In this document: positions 35,122-46,014 of the stretch, piece after piece
Layout: each line of letters starts with the position of its first letter
Position numbering within the stretch: position 1 is the first letter of the stretch
DNA from: Proteromonas lacertae
Taxonomy: Eukaryota
NCBI GenBank assembly: GCA_002245135.1
Contig: NGBS01001180.1
Span: forward strand, 62,001 to 108,489
Reading direction: 5' to 3'
DNA length: 46,489 nt
Made by a program: the position numbers and the translations under genes
Notes under the pieces: model-generated
What the model was told of the DNA's origin: nothing
Seen by the model: the letters and a program-made list of their open reading frames with translations, nothing else
The model's database searches: none

Positions 35122-35182
35122 TTTGAAAAAATAATAATGTCAATATTGGTAATATTAGTAATATTGACACTATTTTTATTTT

Positions 35183-35713
35183 ATGGAAGATAATAAAAAA
35201 CCTAAACATAGAACAGTTCCATTCAAATTAACAGAATTAGACAAACAAGTAATCATCAGAAGCTTCAGAAAAGACGGTAAAATCAGAGCTCCTACAAAAT
35301 CGAAATTATATCATTTAATTTCAGAATCAAAATCAAAGTTTAAGACAGGTTGTTTTAATGGACCAATCATTGAACAAGTAAAAGTACCTCTTAACGCGCC
35401 AAAACTAACCGCTTCAAACTTCGCTCAAGCCTTAAGTAAACACAAAGAACACAGAATTGCAGGTCAAAAGAAGACAAGAATGATGTTAGAACAGATTTTA
35501 GCACTACATAAGAAGGAAGAAGAGGATTTTTTACCTCCACAAGAGATAATTGACATAAAAGATGACGAAATTAAGGTAAAAGAATAGATAAAATACGTAA
35601 AACCGGTCACAAAATCGAATGTAAACAGTTTAAGTGGTTTAGAAGACTTTTTTCCTGTTAATTCAGTTCCCAGTTTAAGCCCAAAATCAATAACAGATAA
35701 AAGCATTATCTAA
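35183..35713 (+). CDS. Viral hypothetical basic protein, in-frame TAG at 35585-35587
   Basis: 134-aa ORF; 41 further sense codons follow the TAG. Confidence 0.55.
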
Positions 35714-35814
35714 TTGTATTATTTTTTATTTTTTTTTGTTAATTGATTTAAAATTTTTCTTATGGGGAACGATATAATGACATTTTACTCTCTGTATTAG
35801 TATTTATACTCTAT

Positions 35815-35997
35815 ATGCTCACTCTGGCACTGTACAAATACTTCAAAGCACACAATTGTATTCCAAATGAGGTAGATATCGCAGACATTCGTTCAAATAT
35901 GACTGATATGATGGAGAAAGGCTTGCAGCATGACAAGACATTGGAAGATATAAAGGCATATATAGACATTGTGAATAAAAGAAATAACACAGTTTAA
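35815..35997 (+). CDS. Small viral hypothetical protein
   Basis: Short ORF; hydrophobic sequence just upstream suggests a broken 5' end. Confidence 0.35.
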   Translation: MLTLALYKYFKAHNCIPNEVDIADIRSNMTDMMEKGLQHDKTLEDIKAYIDIVNKRNNTV

Positions 35998-36354
35998 ATA
36001 ATTTGTAACGAATTAATTTTTTATTATATAATAAACGTCTATTTTTTCTGAGAAAGTAAAAAGACTATTTATATTCATCAGTAGAGTCGAACACGTTTTC
36101 ATCATTTAAATAGCAACAGTTTAACCATTAGACTAAATAATTGCCTAAAATAAAGTACATATGATGATTCAGTTTGCACAATTTCGTTTGAAGAATAATT
36201 GATGAACAAGATTTACCTGAAGAAGAAAACTCATCTTTAATAATATAGAATAAAGGACCTGACACACCAAATCAAACATTATTAAATTACGTGACATATG
36301 TCATATTTTGTCATATTTTATTTTTGCATTTTTTGGAATTTTCTAATTTCATAT

Positions 36355-36669
36355 ATGGATAATCTAATTAAAGATGAAGCAGAAAATAGTTTTGATTCTT
36401 TATATGAAATGTGTAATGTATATCTCAATAAGAAAGATGATGGGAGCAATGACTATCAAACATCAATTAAAATAGCATGCGAGATTATATTAAAATTAAA
36501 AAAATTAAATGAAGAATATTATTTAAGATTAGATGATATGGTATTACATCAAATGGGAAGATTAGAAGGAAAGAAAATAGCATGTCAATATTTACAAAGA
36601 GAATTAGAAAAACAATTAAATGAAATAATACCAAGTATAAACAATATGTTAAAATCAAATACAAATTAA
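36355..36669 (+). CDS. Small viral hypothetical helical protein
   Basis: Probable start MDNLIKDE; stop abuts the convergent ORF at 36670. Confidence 0.5.
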   Translation: MDNLIKDEAENSFDSLYEMCNVYLNKKDDGSNDYQTSIKIACEIILKLKKLNEEYYLRLDDMVLHQMGRLEGKKIACQYLQRELEKQLNEIIPSINNMLKSNTN

Positions 36670-37143
36670 TTAGTCTTTATCATCTTCCATTCTGTTTTTA
36701 AAAATATTATATATTGAATTTAATTCTGAATTTGTATCGATTAAATAGAGATAATGATTTTTTATATATCTAAAATTTTTAATAGTATTTGCATTCAAAT
36801 TGAAATCTTCTTCAGAAATATATGCAAAATCTTCAACATAGAAAGTGTCCAGTTTATTAATTAATTTTTCCAAGTCTTATATAATATCCAGTCTATAAGA
36901 TGTTAATTCAGATTTGCTAAATGCGGTAGCTATTTTGCTTCTGTTATATTTCAATTCGATATTTTTTATGAAAGTTACAAAAGACTTTATTTTATCTCTT
37001 AGATCAGTTTTATCTTTACTACTAAAATTTTCACTTAGATTTAATTTATAGACCCTTCTACTTATATCATTTAAAGTACTTATATAATTTTTAAGTACAT
37101 CAAAGAATACATAGAATTCATATACTCTAGCAAAATTACTCAT
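36670..37143 (-). CDS. Viral hypothetical protein, probably one gene split by a stop at 36877-36879
   Basis: The 88- and 67-aa ORFs are in the same frame, separated by TAA plus one codon. Confidence 0.45.
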
Positions 37144-37283
37144 ATTTTTTGGTATTAATTAATTAATTAAATAGAAATACTACTAATAGGAATTCTTCTT
37201 CTAATTCAAATCTGATCCAAAGAATATAATATAATTCAAGTAAAAGAAAGAAATATAAAACAATAATATAAAATAATAAATAT

Positions 37284-38371
37284 CAGGGTTGTATTTATCA
37301 GTTACCGACGGAGATAGGTCAAAACCTATAGGTTATGCCTTGACTGTCGGTTGTTCAAGCCTTACAAGCCGTATATTATAAAATCTATTTTAATTCATTA
37401 TATACTAATTTTCTCTTCATAAAAACTATCTTATAATATATTTTAATACATGATTCATATATTTTCAATTCAATTAAATAATTTTTAACTTTTTATAAAG
37501 AATTACAATTTAATACTCAACAATAATTAGGTATTTTATATAATTATGTTCTTATTTATTTCTACTAATCATCAGTTTCATTTGTAATCTATCACATGAT
37601 AAATTTGATTTGGATAAGTTACTTATTTGTCCACCTTCTCGGAAAATATTCTTTCTGGCTCTGAAGATGTTGTTAGACTGTTTAAACTGTTATTGGCAAG
37701 TATGTATACCCTAGGAAACTTGAACTTTAATGATAGCCAGATATTTCTAATGGTTTCAGAGGTGTTGTAATGAATATCATATTGTAAATATTCTTGTACT
37801 TCATTTGGCATAATTAATCTCTTTCTTTTTACTGCAAATGCATTTATCAAGGCTTTTTATCTTTAACATATTATACCAAAAGGTTTTGTAAAAGTTAAAA
37901 TTAAGATGTTTAAGCATATTTGCCTCTTTTAAGGCAATAACTTCACGAGCCGCTCCAATTGGTAAAACTATACTCCTAGAATACAAAATGATAGATTATA
38001 TTAGATACATTTATGATAATTTTAAGAAATGATTAATGTCAAGCTAAAAGTTTGCCATTTTTTCTTTCAAATTTTTATAATCATTCTATACTTTATATTA
38101 CATATATAACACAATAGAATAACTCATTGGTAAGGTTAGATTCAATTATGAAGAAAGAAAAAAGCGCATCGACCGACGGTTAATTCGGTATTTTATAGAA
38201 TGATATATAGAGCTTGAATTCAATATGTACAGTTAGATAATATTATTAATATTACATGTTTAGGAGGAGGTCAGCTAATAGTTACTACAGCCTGGTGTCG
38301 GTCAACATTTATTTATTGACCTACGACCGATCGGTTTTCTCCGTCGGTCATGACCGATTTATACAACCCTG
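37284..38371 (-). mobile_element. Non-autonomous hAT transposon inserted in the viral element
   Basis: TIR CAGGGTTGTAT...ATACAACCCTG, 8-bp TSD ATAAATAT, hAT C-terminal dimerisation motif W...KFPRVYILA...TSSEPERIFS at 37623-37850. Confidence 0.92.
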
Positions 38372-38480
38372 ATAAATATAGGTCGTAAAAGAATTGATAT
38401 ATATCTTTTAGAAATTTCTAAAAGAAAAAAATAATAAATAAATAATAATAAAATAGAAAAATTAATTTTTAATTTTCTAG

Positions 38481-39771
38481 ATGAACCCTTTCATCCCTCC
38501 TTATTATTATTATTCAAACTTTAATTATTATAGTCCACCACCATTTGGAGCGCTTTTATATTCCTCCTCCACAAAATTATGGATTTAATCCCATGCCCAT
38601 GCCATATCCAGGTATGGCACCTCCTAATATGTATGAACCACCTCCACCTATTCAAAATATTCCATTAGTTAGAAATTATGTTCCACCAAGAAATCTAGTT
38701 ACAAATACTAATCCTGGTTTCAATTATTATCCTGGAAATATAGGAGTAGATTCAACACCTCAAATTAATATTCCTGACCCAGGATTTGTAACACCACCTC
38801 CCAAGAGAAGATTAGATTTCTAAAACATAAGTCCTCCAAAAATACTAAGAAAAGGAGGTATGCAGGTTCCAATGCCTAATCCAAATCAACCTGTTGTTAA
38901 TCAACCTCCACCAAATGCACAACAGCGTAATAGAGTAGCAGAATTAGATTTACCAGATCAACAACAAAGAGATTTAAGAATAGCAGGTGATATATTAGAA
39001 AATCATCCTACTCGATTATTACATCTATCACATGAGACTAGAAGATATTATCTTGATTTAATCCAAAGAAGTGATAAAAATTATAGTAGAACATATCAAG
39101 TCAATTTTTTAGATAGAGTAGAAGGAAAAGATCCAGATGCTGTAATTAAATTAATTACACAACAAGATATTCCATTAATTACTAAAATAAGAGAATATTT
39201 AGAAGATGTTAAATATATAAAAGTAACATTAAGTTTTAGAAGTGGTTATATAGGAGCAGACAATCCAGATTATAATAATCCAAATGGTAATAAAATAACA
39301 AATTGGGTTTATTTAGAATGTAAACCTGTAGTTATTACAGAATCAGAAATAGGAACAGAACAGAAATATTAAAAGGTAGAATAAGAACAGAAATAGGAAC
39401 TTTATGGCATACTGAAAAATCAAGTTTAAAATTCAGACAAATTGGTGAAGTTGAAGTTCAATTAGTCAAAGCAACTGCTATGGCAGGTAGTGGTAAAAAT
39501 AAAGAACTTCCAGATTGGATTAGAAATAAAAAATGTGTTATATCAATAGATAATAATAAAGAAAATGATCAATTATGTTTTCTATATGCTATAGCAGCAG
39601 CATTTTTTCATGGTAATAATAATAATAAGAATTTAAATAGAGTAGAACAATATAAAGACTATGTTAAAGTTAACTACAATTATAGTATGTTATATTTCCC
39701 AGTAGATCCTATTAAACATAAATAACAAATTCATGAATTTGAAACAATAAATCATATAACATTAAATATAT
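38481..39771 (+). pseudogene. 5' part of Polinton-type protein-primed DNA polymerase B (Pro-rich leader, terminal-protein/OTU-like region), truncated
   Basis: LPDWIRNKKCVISIDN...DQLCFLYAIAAA...FPV...IHEFETINHITLNIF is typical of Polinton pPolB N-termini; two frameshifts, two in-frame TAA; no exonuclease or palm motifs before the junction. Confidence 0.75.
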
Positions 39772-39817
39772 TCAATATTACTAATATTACCAATATTGAC
39801 ATTATTATTTTTTCAAA

Positions 39818-40783
39818 ATGTTAGTCTCTAATCACCGTGTATACTATTTAAATTCTGATATGGTAATGACTACAGGTACATTTGGAGTAGGGAATAGATA
39901 CAAAAAGAACTTAGCCTTACCATCATTTGATCAAGATTATACTCATGTGTCGTTATTACACGCAGTTGTCCCTAATTCTTTCCCTACTATACAAGCAGAG
40001 ACAAACGATACGTTTCAGTTCTTATTTACATGTGATTATGATGAAGAAGATGGCGCAGCGCCAGAAAAACCCACAGTATGTGCATCAGTACAAATTCCTG
40101 AAGGTTTTTATGATGAGAATCAGATTATTAAGTTAATCAATGATGGAATACGTTCTATAAAATATATAGATTTTGAAATTCCTGATGATGATTTGTTTAT
40201 AGTTAAGGATATACTATATACACCTGTAATAGAAGGTAATGGTGATTTATTTAAGCTAGATGATAAAGATGATGAACATACCAGACATTTAAAAATTGCA
40301 AGTAAAATGAATGCATTATATAGTTTAACAAAACCTATTTTTTGGATTTCAAAAATAGAAATAGTAACAAAAGATTTAGCCTACAAGATATTAGGTATTC
40401 CAAATAATAACTATTGGTTATGTTATGATAAATTTGTTCCAGGACCTCAAGGAACAGAAAGAGCATTAACTGCATTTTCAGTAGATTTCCCATTTACTCA
40501 ATAACCATATCGTCCATCTCTTATATGGGTTAGTGCGATATCCATTCGTTTAGATATTGTAAACATCATTCAAGATTCAAATGTGTTAGAAAATATACCA
40601 ATAGCAAACCCTGAGTTACCATTCATTACATACCAGAACAATGACATTCTTAATACTAGCAAAATGTTCAATAATACTTATACCAATTGTCACATTACAA
40701 TTCAGATTACTCAACAAAATGGTTATGAACTCAATCTTGATAATATCGAGTTTAATTTAGACATTGTTGTCTTTAAAGTCTAA
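39818..40783 (+). CDS. Minor capsid (penton), copy 2, in-frame TAA at 40502-40504
   Basis: Translation identical to copy 1. Confidence 0.8.
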
Positions 40784-40813
40784 TTTTTATTTTATTTTTA
40801 TTTTGTGTTTCTG

Positions 40814-42256
40814 ATGTCTCTAACTATCCCAAAAGAGCAAAAACACGGTGTAGACGTTCCAGCAATGATGGCCTTTTATCAGTATGTCAAGTTGACACCA
40901 ATGGAAACAAAATCATTCTATCAACTTAAAAATAACACTTATTCAGATGAAATAAGGTTCGAATTAAGTGGTGAGAACATTATAAACCTTGCAAAGTCTT
41001 ACATTCAATATGATATCGAAATTGAAACTACTCCACTTTCTAAAATTGGAGCATTTCAAAAAATTGATGGTAGTGGTAATGTAGCAGGTGATAATACTTT
41101 ATATCCAAAATATATAAAAGGAATGAAAGAAGGATTTGGATTAGCAGCATTTCGTTTATGTAATAATACAGGAACAGATCTAGTCAAGCTTGATGACAAT
41201 TATGAACACTATAGAGTGTTTATGGATGAATTAGTGAGAAAAAGATCTGACATTTTTTATCAATCAAATTATTATGATGGAATTCAATTAAAATGGAATA
41301 ATGAATACCATGATCATTTAGTTCTTGATGAGAATGAATGGGAAATGGATAAAGATGGAAATAAACAAATTACAACACTAACAGATAAATATCAACAGTA
41401 CAAAAAGTCTAAAACTATTCGTGTAAAGATGTTTTTAGATAAATTTTACAATACATTTCTATCAATGAAAAGTGATGTATTCTTTGGTGAAAGAATGTAT
41501 TTATGTTTCAATTTCCAACAAACTCCTAAATTTGGACAAATTATGGGTTTTAATAATGATAAAGGTAATGAAACAGCATTAAACTGGCCTGCAGATGGAA
41601 TAAAACCAGATTCAATTAAATTCAAGAACTTTTATTTCTATGCTTATTTGAATAAGGATACTCAATGTAATAACAATACAAGAAGTTACTGTTTATCTAA
41701 ACCAATCCAGTTCAATGATGTAAAGTGTCATACATTAACAGTAAATCAAGGTGGATCTGGACAATTCAACTATTCCTTTACATTGAACAGTTCAAATGGA
41801 CCATTCTTACGTTACATTATCTATAGACCATGGATCGAAGGAACTCAAACAGGTGGAGGTCAAACAGCAGAAAATAGATATGCAGTAATTCCTGAAAATG
41901 CACAATTCAGATGGATGATTAACGATTTCGTGTATCAACCAGACTATTCATTAATGCAGTATTATGATTGTTACATGACTGTACAAGATTATTTCAAAGA
42001 TTCATGGTTTGATATATTCAAAAGACATATTCCTTTTGAAAAGAAGTTCTTTGAAATTTTGAATTTTGGATCTAAAGACTTGGATAATATCAAGAATCAA
42101 TCAGGAAGACCATTAGCTAGTGACTTAAAGATTACTTTTGAGTTGTCTACTCCTGGTACAAATGATTTCACTAACTTTAATATCACTCATCGTTTCTATA
42201 TAGTTACAGGAAGAATGTGTACAATTAATGGAAGTGGAATTGTAAGTGTTATTTAA
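40814..42256 (+). CDS. Major capsid protein, copy 2 (intact)
   Basis: Translation identical to copy 1. Confidence 0.8.
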   Translation: MSLTIPKEQKHGVDVPAMMAFYQYVKLTPMETKSFYQLKNNTYSDEIRFELSGENIINLAKSYIQYDIEIETTPLSKIGAFQKIDGSGNVAGDNTLYPKYIKGMKEGFGLAAFRLCNNTGTDLVKLDDNYEHYRVFMDELVRKRSDIFYQSNYYDGIQLKWNNEYHDHLVLDENEWEMDKDGNKQITTLTDKYQQYKKSKTIRVKMFLDKFYNTFLSMKSDVFFGERMYLCFNFQQTPKFGQIMGFNNDKGNETALNWPADGIKPDSIKFKNFYFYAYLNKDTQCNNNTRSYCLSKPIQFNDVKCHTLTVNQGGSGQFNYSFTLNSSNGPFLRYIIYRPWIEGTQTGGGQTAENRYAVIPENAQFRWMINDFVYQPDYSLMQYYDCYMTVQDYFKDSWFDIFKRHIPFEKKFFEILNFGSKDLDNIKNQSGRPLASDLKITFELSTPGTNDFTNFNITHRFYIVTGRMCTINGSGIVSVI

Positions 42257-42320
42257 ACTAACTAATAACCAACATAATGACTATATTCCTTATATAATTG
42301 TTTTTTTATTTTTTCTTTAA

Positions 42321-43167
42321 ATGAGTAAAATAAAACTAGAGAAATGTAATGACGTTGTCATAACGCCAGTAGAATCAGCAGTTAAAGGTACTAAATAGAG
42401 ATCAAGAGATACTGTTTTAGGCTATGATTATTTTGAAGAGCCTTTCTGCAACATATTTATATTAGCTAAGAAGAACAGTGGAAAAGACAACGCTTATATT
42501 TAACATGATACAACACTTGCTAAAGAAGAATTATGATCAAACTGTATATTTCTTTGTAGGAACAATTTCAAAGGATATTATTTATGAAAAGATCACTGAT
42601 ATGTTGAAGTTCAATTTAATAGAGTACCATTGTTACTATTCTATAGTAAATGAAGATAAAGTGAATGTATTAGAAGCAGTATTAGAAAATATCAAAGAAA
42701 TAGATAAAGAAAACTACAATTACCCAGAAAATATTTTTATATTCGATGATATATCATTCGATTTATCAAATAAGACCGTTTCAAAACTACTCAAATCAAA
42801 CCGTCATTACAAGTCAAAAGTAATTATATCAAGTCAATATGTTACAGATTTAACACCATCTGTTCGTCTACAATTAGATTATTGCTTAGTATTTAGAAAT
42901 CTAAGTTTAGCTAATCTACACAGTGTTCATAATAATTTAGATTTGTGGGTAGATTTCAGTAAATTTAGAGAATATTACAAGTATGCAACCAATTACAGTA
43001 ATCATTCATTCCTCTACATCGATTTGTGCAATCATGAATTTCGTGTAAACTTTAATATGAAAATTAAAAACGATAGTAATGGTTATAAAAGTGATAATGA
43101 AAATACCAGCATTAGTTCCTCCTCTTCTTCCTCTGATTCGTCCGATACTGATGATGATTCAGAATAA
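42321..43167 (+). pseudogene. Packaging ATPase, copy 2, with shared TAG (42396-42398) and an extra A in Walker A
   Basis: GGAAAAGACA versus GGAAAGACA in copy 1. Confidence 0.85.
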
Positions 43168-43217
43168 TCCTCATAATGCTAGTAACTTAATTTTTATCAT
43201 TCTTTTATTATATTTTA

Positions 43218-44084
43218 TGTTTGGTGGTCCACTAAAAAAACAAGCTGTTTCAATAGATACAGGTGCTATAACTAAGTCTATTACAACGATAACAAACAAT
43301 TTAGGTAAGAAAGCTGATGATGATAAAACAATTAGAGAAATGTTGAAAGAAATTGATGTAACAACTAACAATAATGCAGAGGTCAGTTAAGAGTGTTGTT
43401 GATGTTATTGGTAAAACGAAATTAGATCAATATGAAGCTAGCATGCATGATTTGTTAAGAACTATCGATGAAAAAATATCAAACGATCCAACAGCTGGTG
43501 GAATTAGTGATATAGCAACATATTTAGGTGATCCATATACTCTCAATGACTCTGTATGGAATTTTACACAGAAATTGTATGATGCACATAAAGGAGATGA
43601 AAATAATAGACTGTTAAAGAGAGTAGATGATAGATTATACATGTATTTAAATGGTGATTTAACTTCATTACAGAAATATATTTATGCAAGATTTGAAGTT
43701 TATGAACAATACTTGAAAATAGATATATTAAATTATTACAAATTTAAGGAAAATAGTAGCACAATTTTACATTTTGATTCTAACAACAAAATGTGATAAT
43801 GGTGAAATGTCAAGATTTATCAATAACTTAATTCCTCATTTAGATATAAGTAAAGATCCCAACCCAGATAAAGATAATGAAAAATTTACTGTAGATTTAG
43901 TATTTCAAACGAATAGAGGTAAGTATCAAACACTAGAGTTAATTAATTGGGGAGCTCAAGATTGTCTTAGTTTATGCACTGAAGAAATAAGTTTCCTACT
44001 ACCTTTGATTATAGTTGTATGTTAGTGCCTCAATCAATAATACTACCATTTAAAAACAAAATAACTAAATGGGATATAATGTAA
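43218..44084 (+). pseudogene. Copy 2 of the 30857-31723 gene, frameshifted
   Basis: Split into three ORFs by single-base indels. Confidence 0.75.
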
Positions 44085-44119
44085 TTTTTTAATTAATCTT
44101 CATTGTTTCATTTTGTTGT

Positions 44120-44245
44120 TTACTTGGGTGGTTGTTGTTGAGCAACTTGAGAACTTGAAACAAATGGATTATAACCAGTACTATTGTTAGTGTATGGTAT
44201 TGTTGGTGGTTGAAATGCCATTGTGACTGATTGATTAACTACTGG

Positions 44246-44327
<82 letters not shown>

Positions 44328-44831
44328 ACATCTGTAGATGGTACTGGAATATCTTCAACTGGTGCAAAACTTGAATATATTTCAAATTTAGGTAAAACAG
44401 TATAATACGGAGTTATTGTTCTGCATTGATGATAAAACCATTACACTGTCTAATTCTTACTTCGAAATCACAATACTTCAATAAGTGAGAAGTTGGATCA
44501 CTGATAATGTTGTTCCATGCAGTACATTTCAGTTGATTGTTATCATTATCTAATGGAATTACTAAATTTAATCCAAATTGCTGATAGGAATTCTTCATTT
44601 TAATATATTCTGTAAATTTAATTGTTGATTCGACACAAACATTTTTTATAGTCTCCTTTACTTTAGATTGAAATCCATAATCGGCTGAACGATTAAATAG
44701 TAAATAATCTAGCAGGAGTGAAAGTAATGTAATGACATTTGCCAGACTTAGCTAATTCTGCTCTAAGCATATACCCTCTAAACTTGACGTACATGTTATC
44801 TGAAGGATTGAAAGTGATGAAATTGACTCCG
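44120..44831 (-). pseudogene. Copy 2 of the poly-Q gene, frameshifted
   Basis: Same sequence as 30120-30821 with several indels and a longer repeat. Confidence 0.75.
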
Positions 44832-45075
44832 TTTTCTATTTTTGATGACATGATTATTATGATTATTAGATATCCAATAAAATGTTAGAATTAAGATTTT
44901 ATATCCGTTTCATGCATTTTATGGTTTGAAGCTCGAAGCGCGAATATGCTAATTAGCGGTTTTTTAATAGAATATTTTCATACCCCCCTTCTTCAACATA
45001 AATGGATTCAGATAGTATATTTGTAATAGAGCAGAGAGCTAAAAACCAGTATATTTATTTGTTAAAGAGATCAAT

Positions 45076-45414
45076 GTGCTTAGAGCATTTATTGAAACTA
45101 TCCTAGGTTTAATTAAGACTGCAGCTCAAAACTATATCACATGTAAGAATGAAGACATTACCAAATTTAATAGTGTATCTCAATTATTGTTAGGACATAT
45201 TAATAAGTATGCTAATAAGATGAGAAAGCCAGTTCCAGACACAATAGTAGTTGAAGCTCAGAATCTGTTCGATTGGTTTGTAAAATTGGTTAAACAATAT
45301 GCTGTAAACTTACAGATGCCTCCTCCTAAGTATCATATTAACGAGTATGGTTCAGTTATCAAAGTGTTGTTAGAAGAATTAGATCTTTACACAAAAATCA
45401 AAGAAACCAAATAA
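45076..45414 (+). CDS. Copy 2 of the 29556-29894 ORF
   Basis: Identical translation. Confidence 0.55.
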   Translation: MLRAFIETILGLIKTAAQNYITCKNEDITKFNSVSQLLLGHINKYANKMRKPVPDTIVVEAQNLFDWFVKLVKQYAVNLQMPPPKYHINEYGSVIKVLLEELDLYTKIKETK

Positions 45415-45970
45415 TTAATTAAAAGCATTTACATATACTATATTAACTAAAGAACTATAGAAATTGAAACATGTTTTTTCAAATTGGGTAAATAAGTAAA
45501 CTTTGAAATACAATTTCTGATTAGCTTCCAAGTGCCAGTTATCTCTAAAATACTGATTGTACATAATGAGTAATCTTCTTATTGCACCTACTATTGTACT
45601 ATAAGGAACTGATTGATTTTCTGTAAGATCTATAATTAAATCTATTTCATTACATAATGAATCTACTTGATTTGCTGTTAAACTATTCAATGTTCTAAGA
45701 CTTGGTTTGAATTTCGATAAAGATAACTTAAATAATTCCAATGTATATTGTATTTCTTCAATACTAGCAATTACTCTTGGACCTTCAATACCTATGGTAA
45801 TCTACTCTCTGCATGACTTTCTAAAACATCTATAGGATCTTCATTTGAAGGAGCAGGTATTTTATTTTCTGGATCGTCTCTAATTATAAGTATTGGTGAT
45901 CTAGCTGGAGGTGCAGGAGGTGGAGGTAAAGGTAATGGTATAGATTCCGTTTTTTGGGTATATTACTCAT
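45415..45970 (-). pseudogene. Copy 2 of the 28998-29555 gene, frameshifted
   Basis: C-terminal 108 aa retained; upstream indels. Confidence 0.7.
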
Positions 45971-46014
45971 AAACAATAAGTAAAAAATAAAAAAGAATTA
46001 ATTAATTAATTAGC

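Larger units (their letters stand above)
28480..35167. repeat. Left arm of a 6.7-kb near-identical inverted duplication
   Basis: Reverse complement of 39772-46489; paired ORF coordinates sum to 74939 near the junction. Confidence 0.97.
24930..39771. mobile_element. Endogenous Polinton/Maverick-like dsDNA virus (copy 1; boundaries approximate)
   Basis: Compact intron-free gene block with MCP, penton, A32-like ATPase, pPolB N-terminus and basic core-like proteins; terminal inverted repeats not found. Confidence 0.85.

Noticed and set aside
22425..42398. Genome-wide reassignment of TAA/TAG to Gln
   Set aside because: Most genes, including the MCP, end in TAA/TAG, long ORFs use CAA/CAG freely, and frameshifts co-occur with the internal stops
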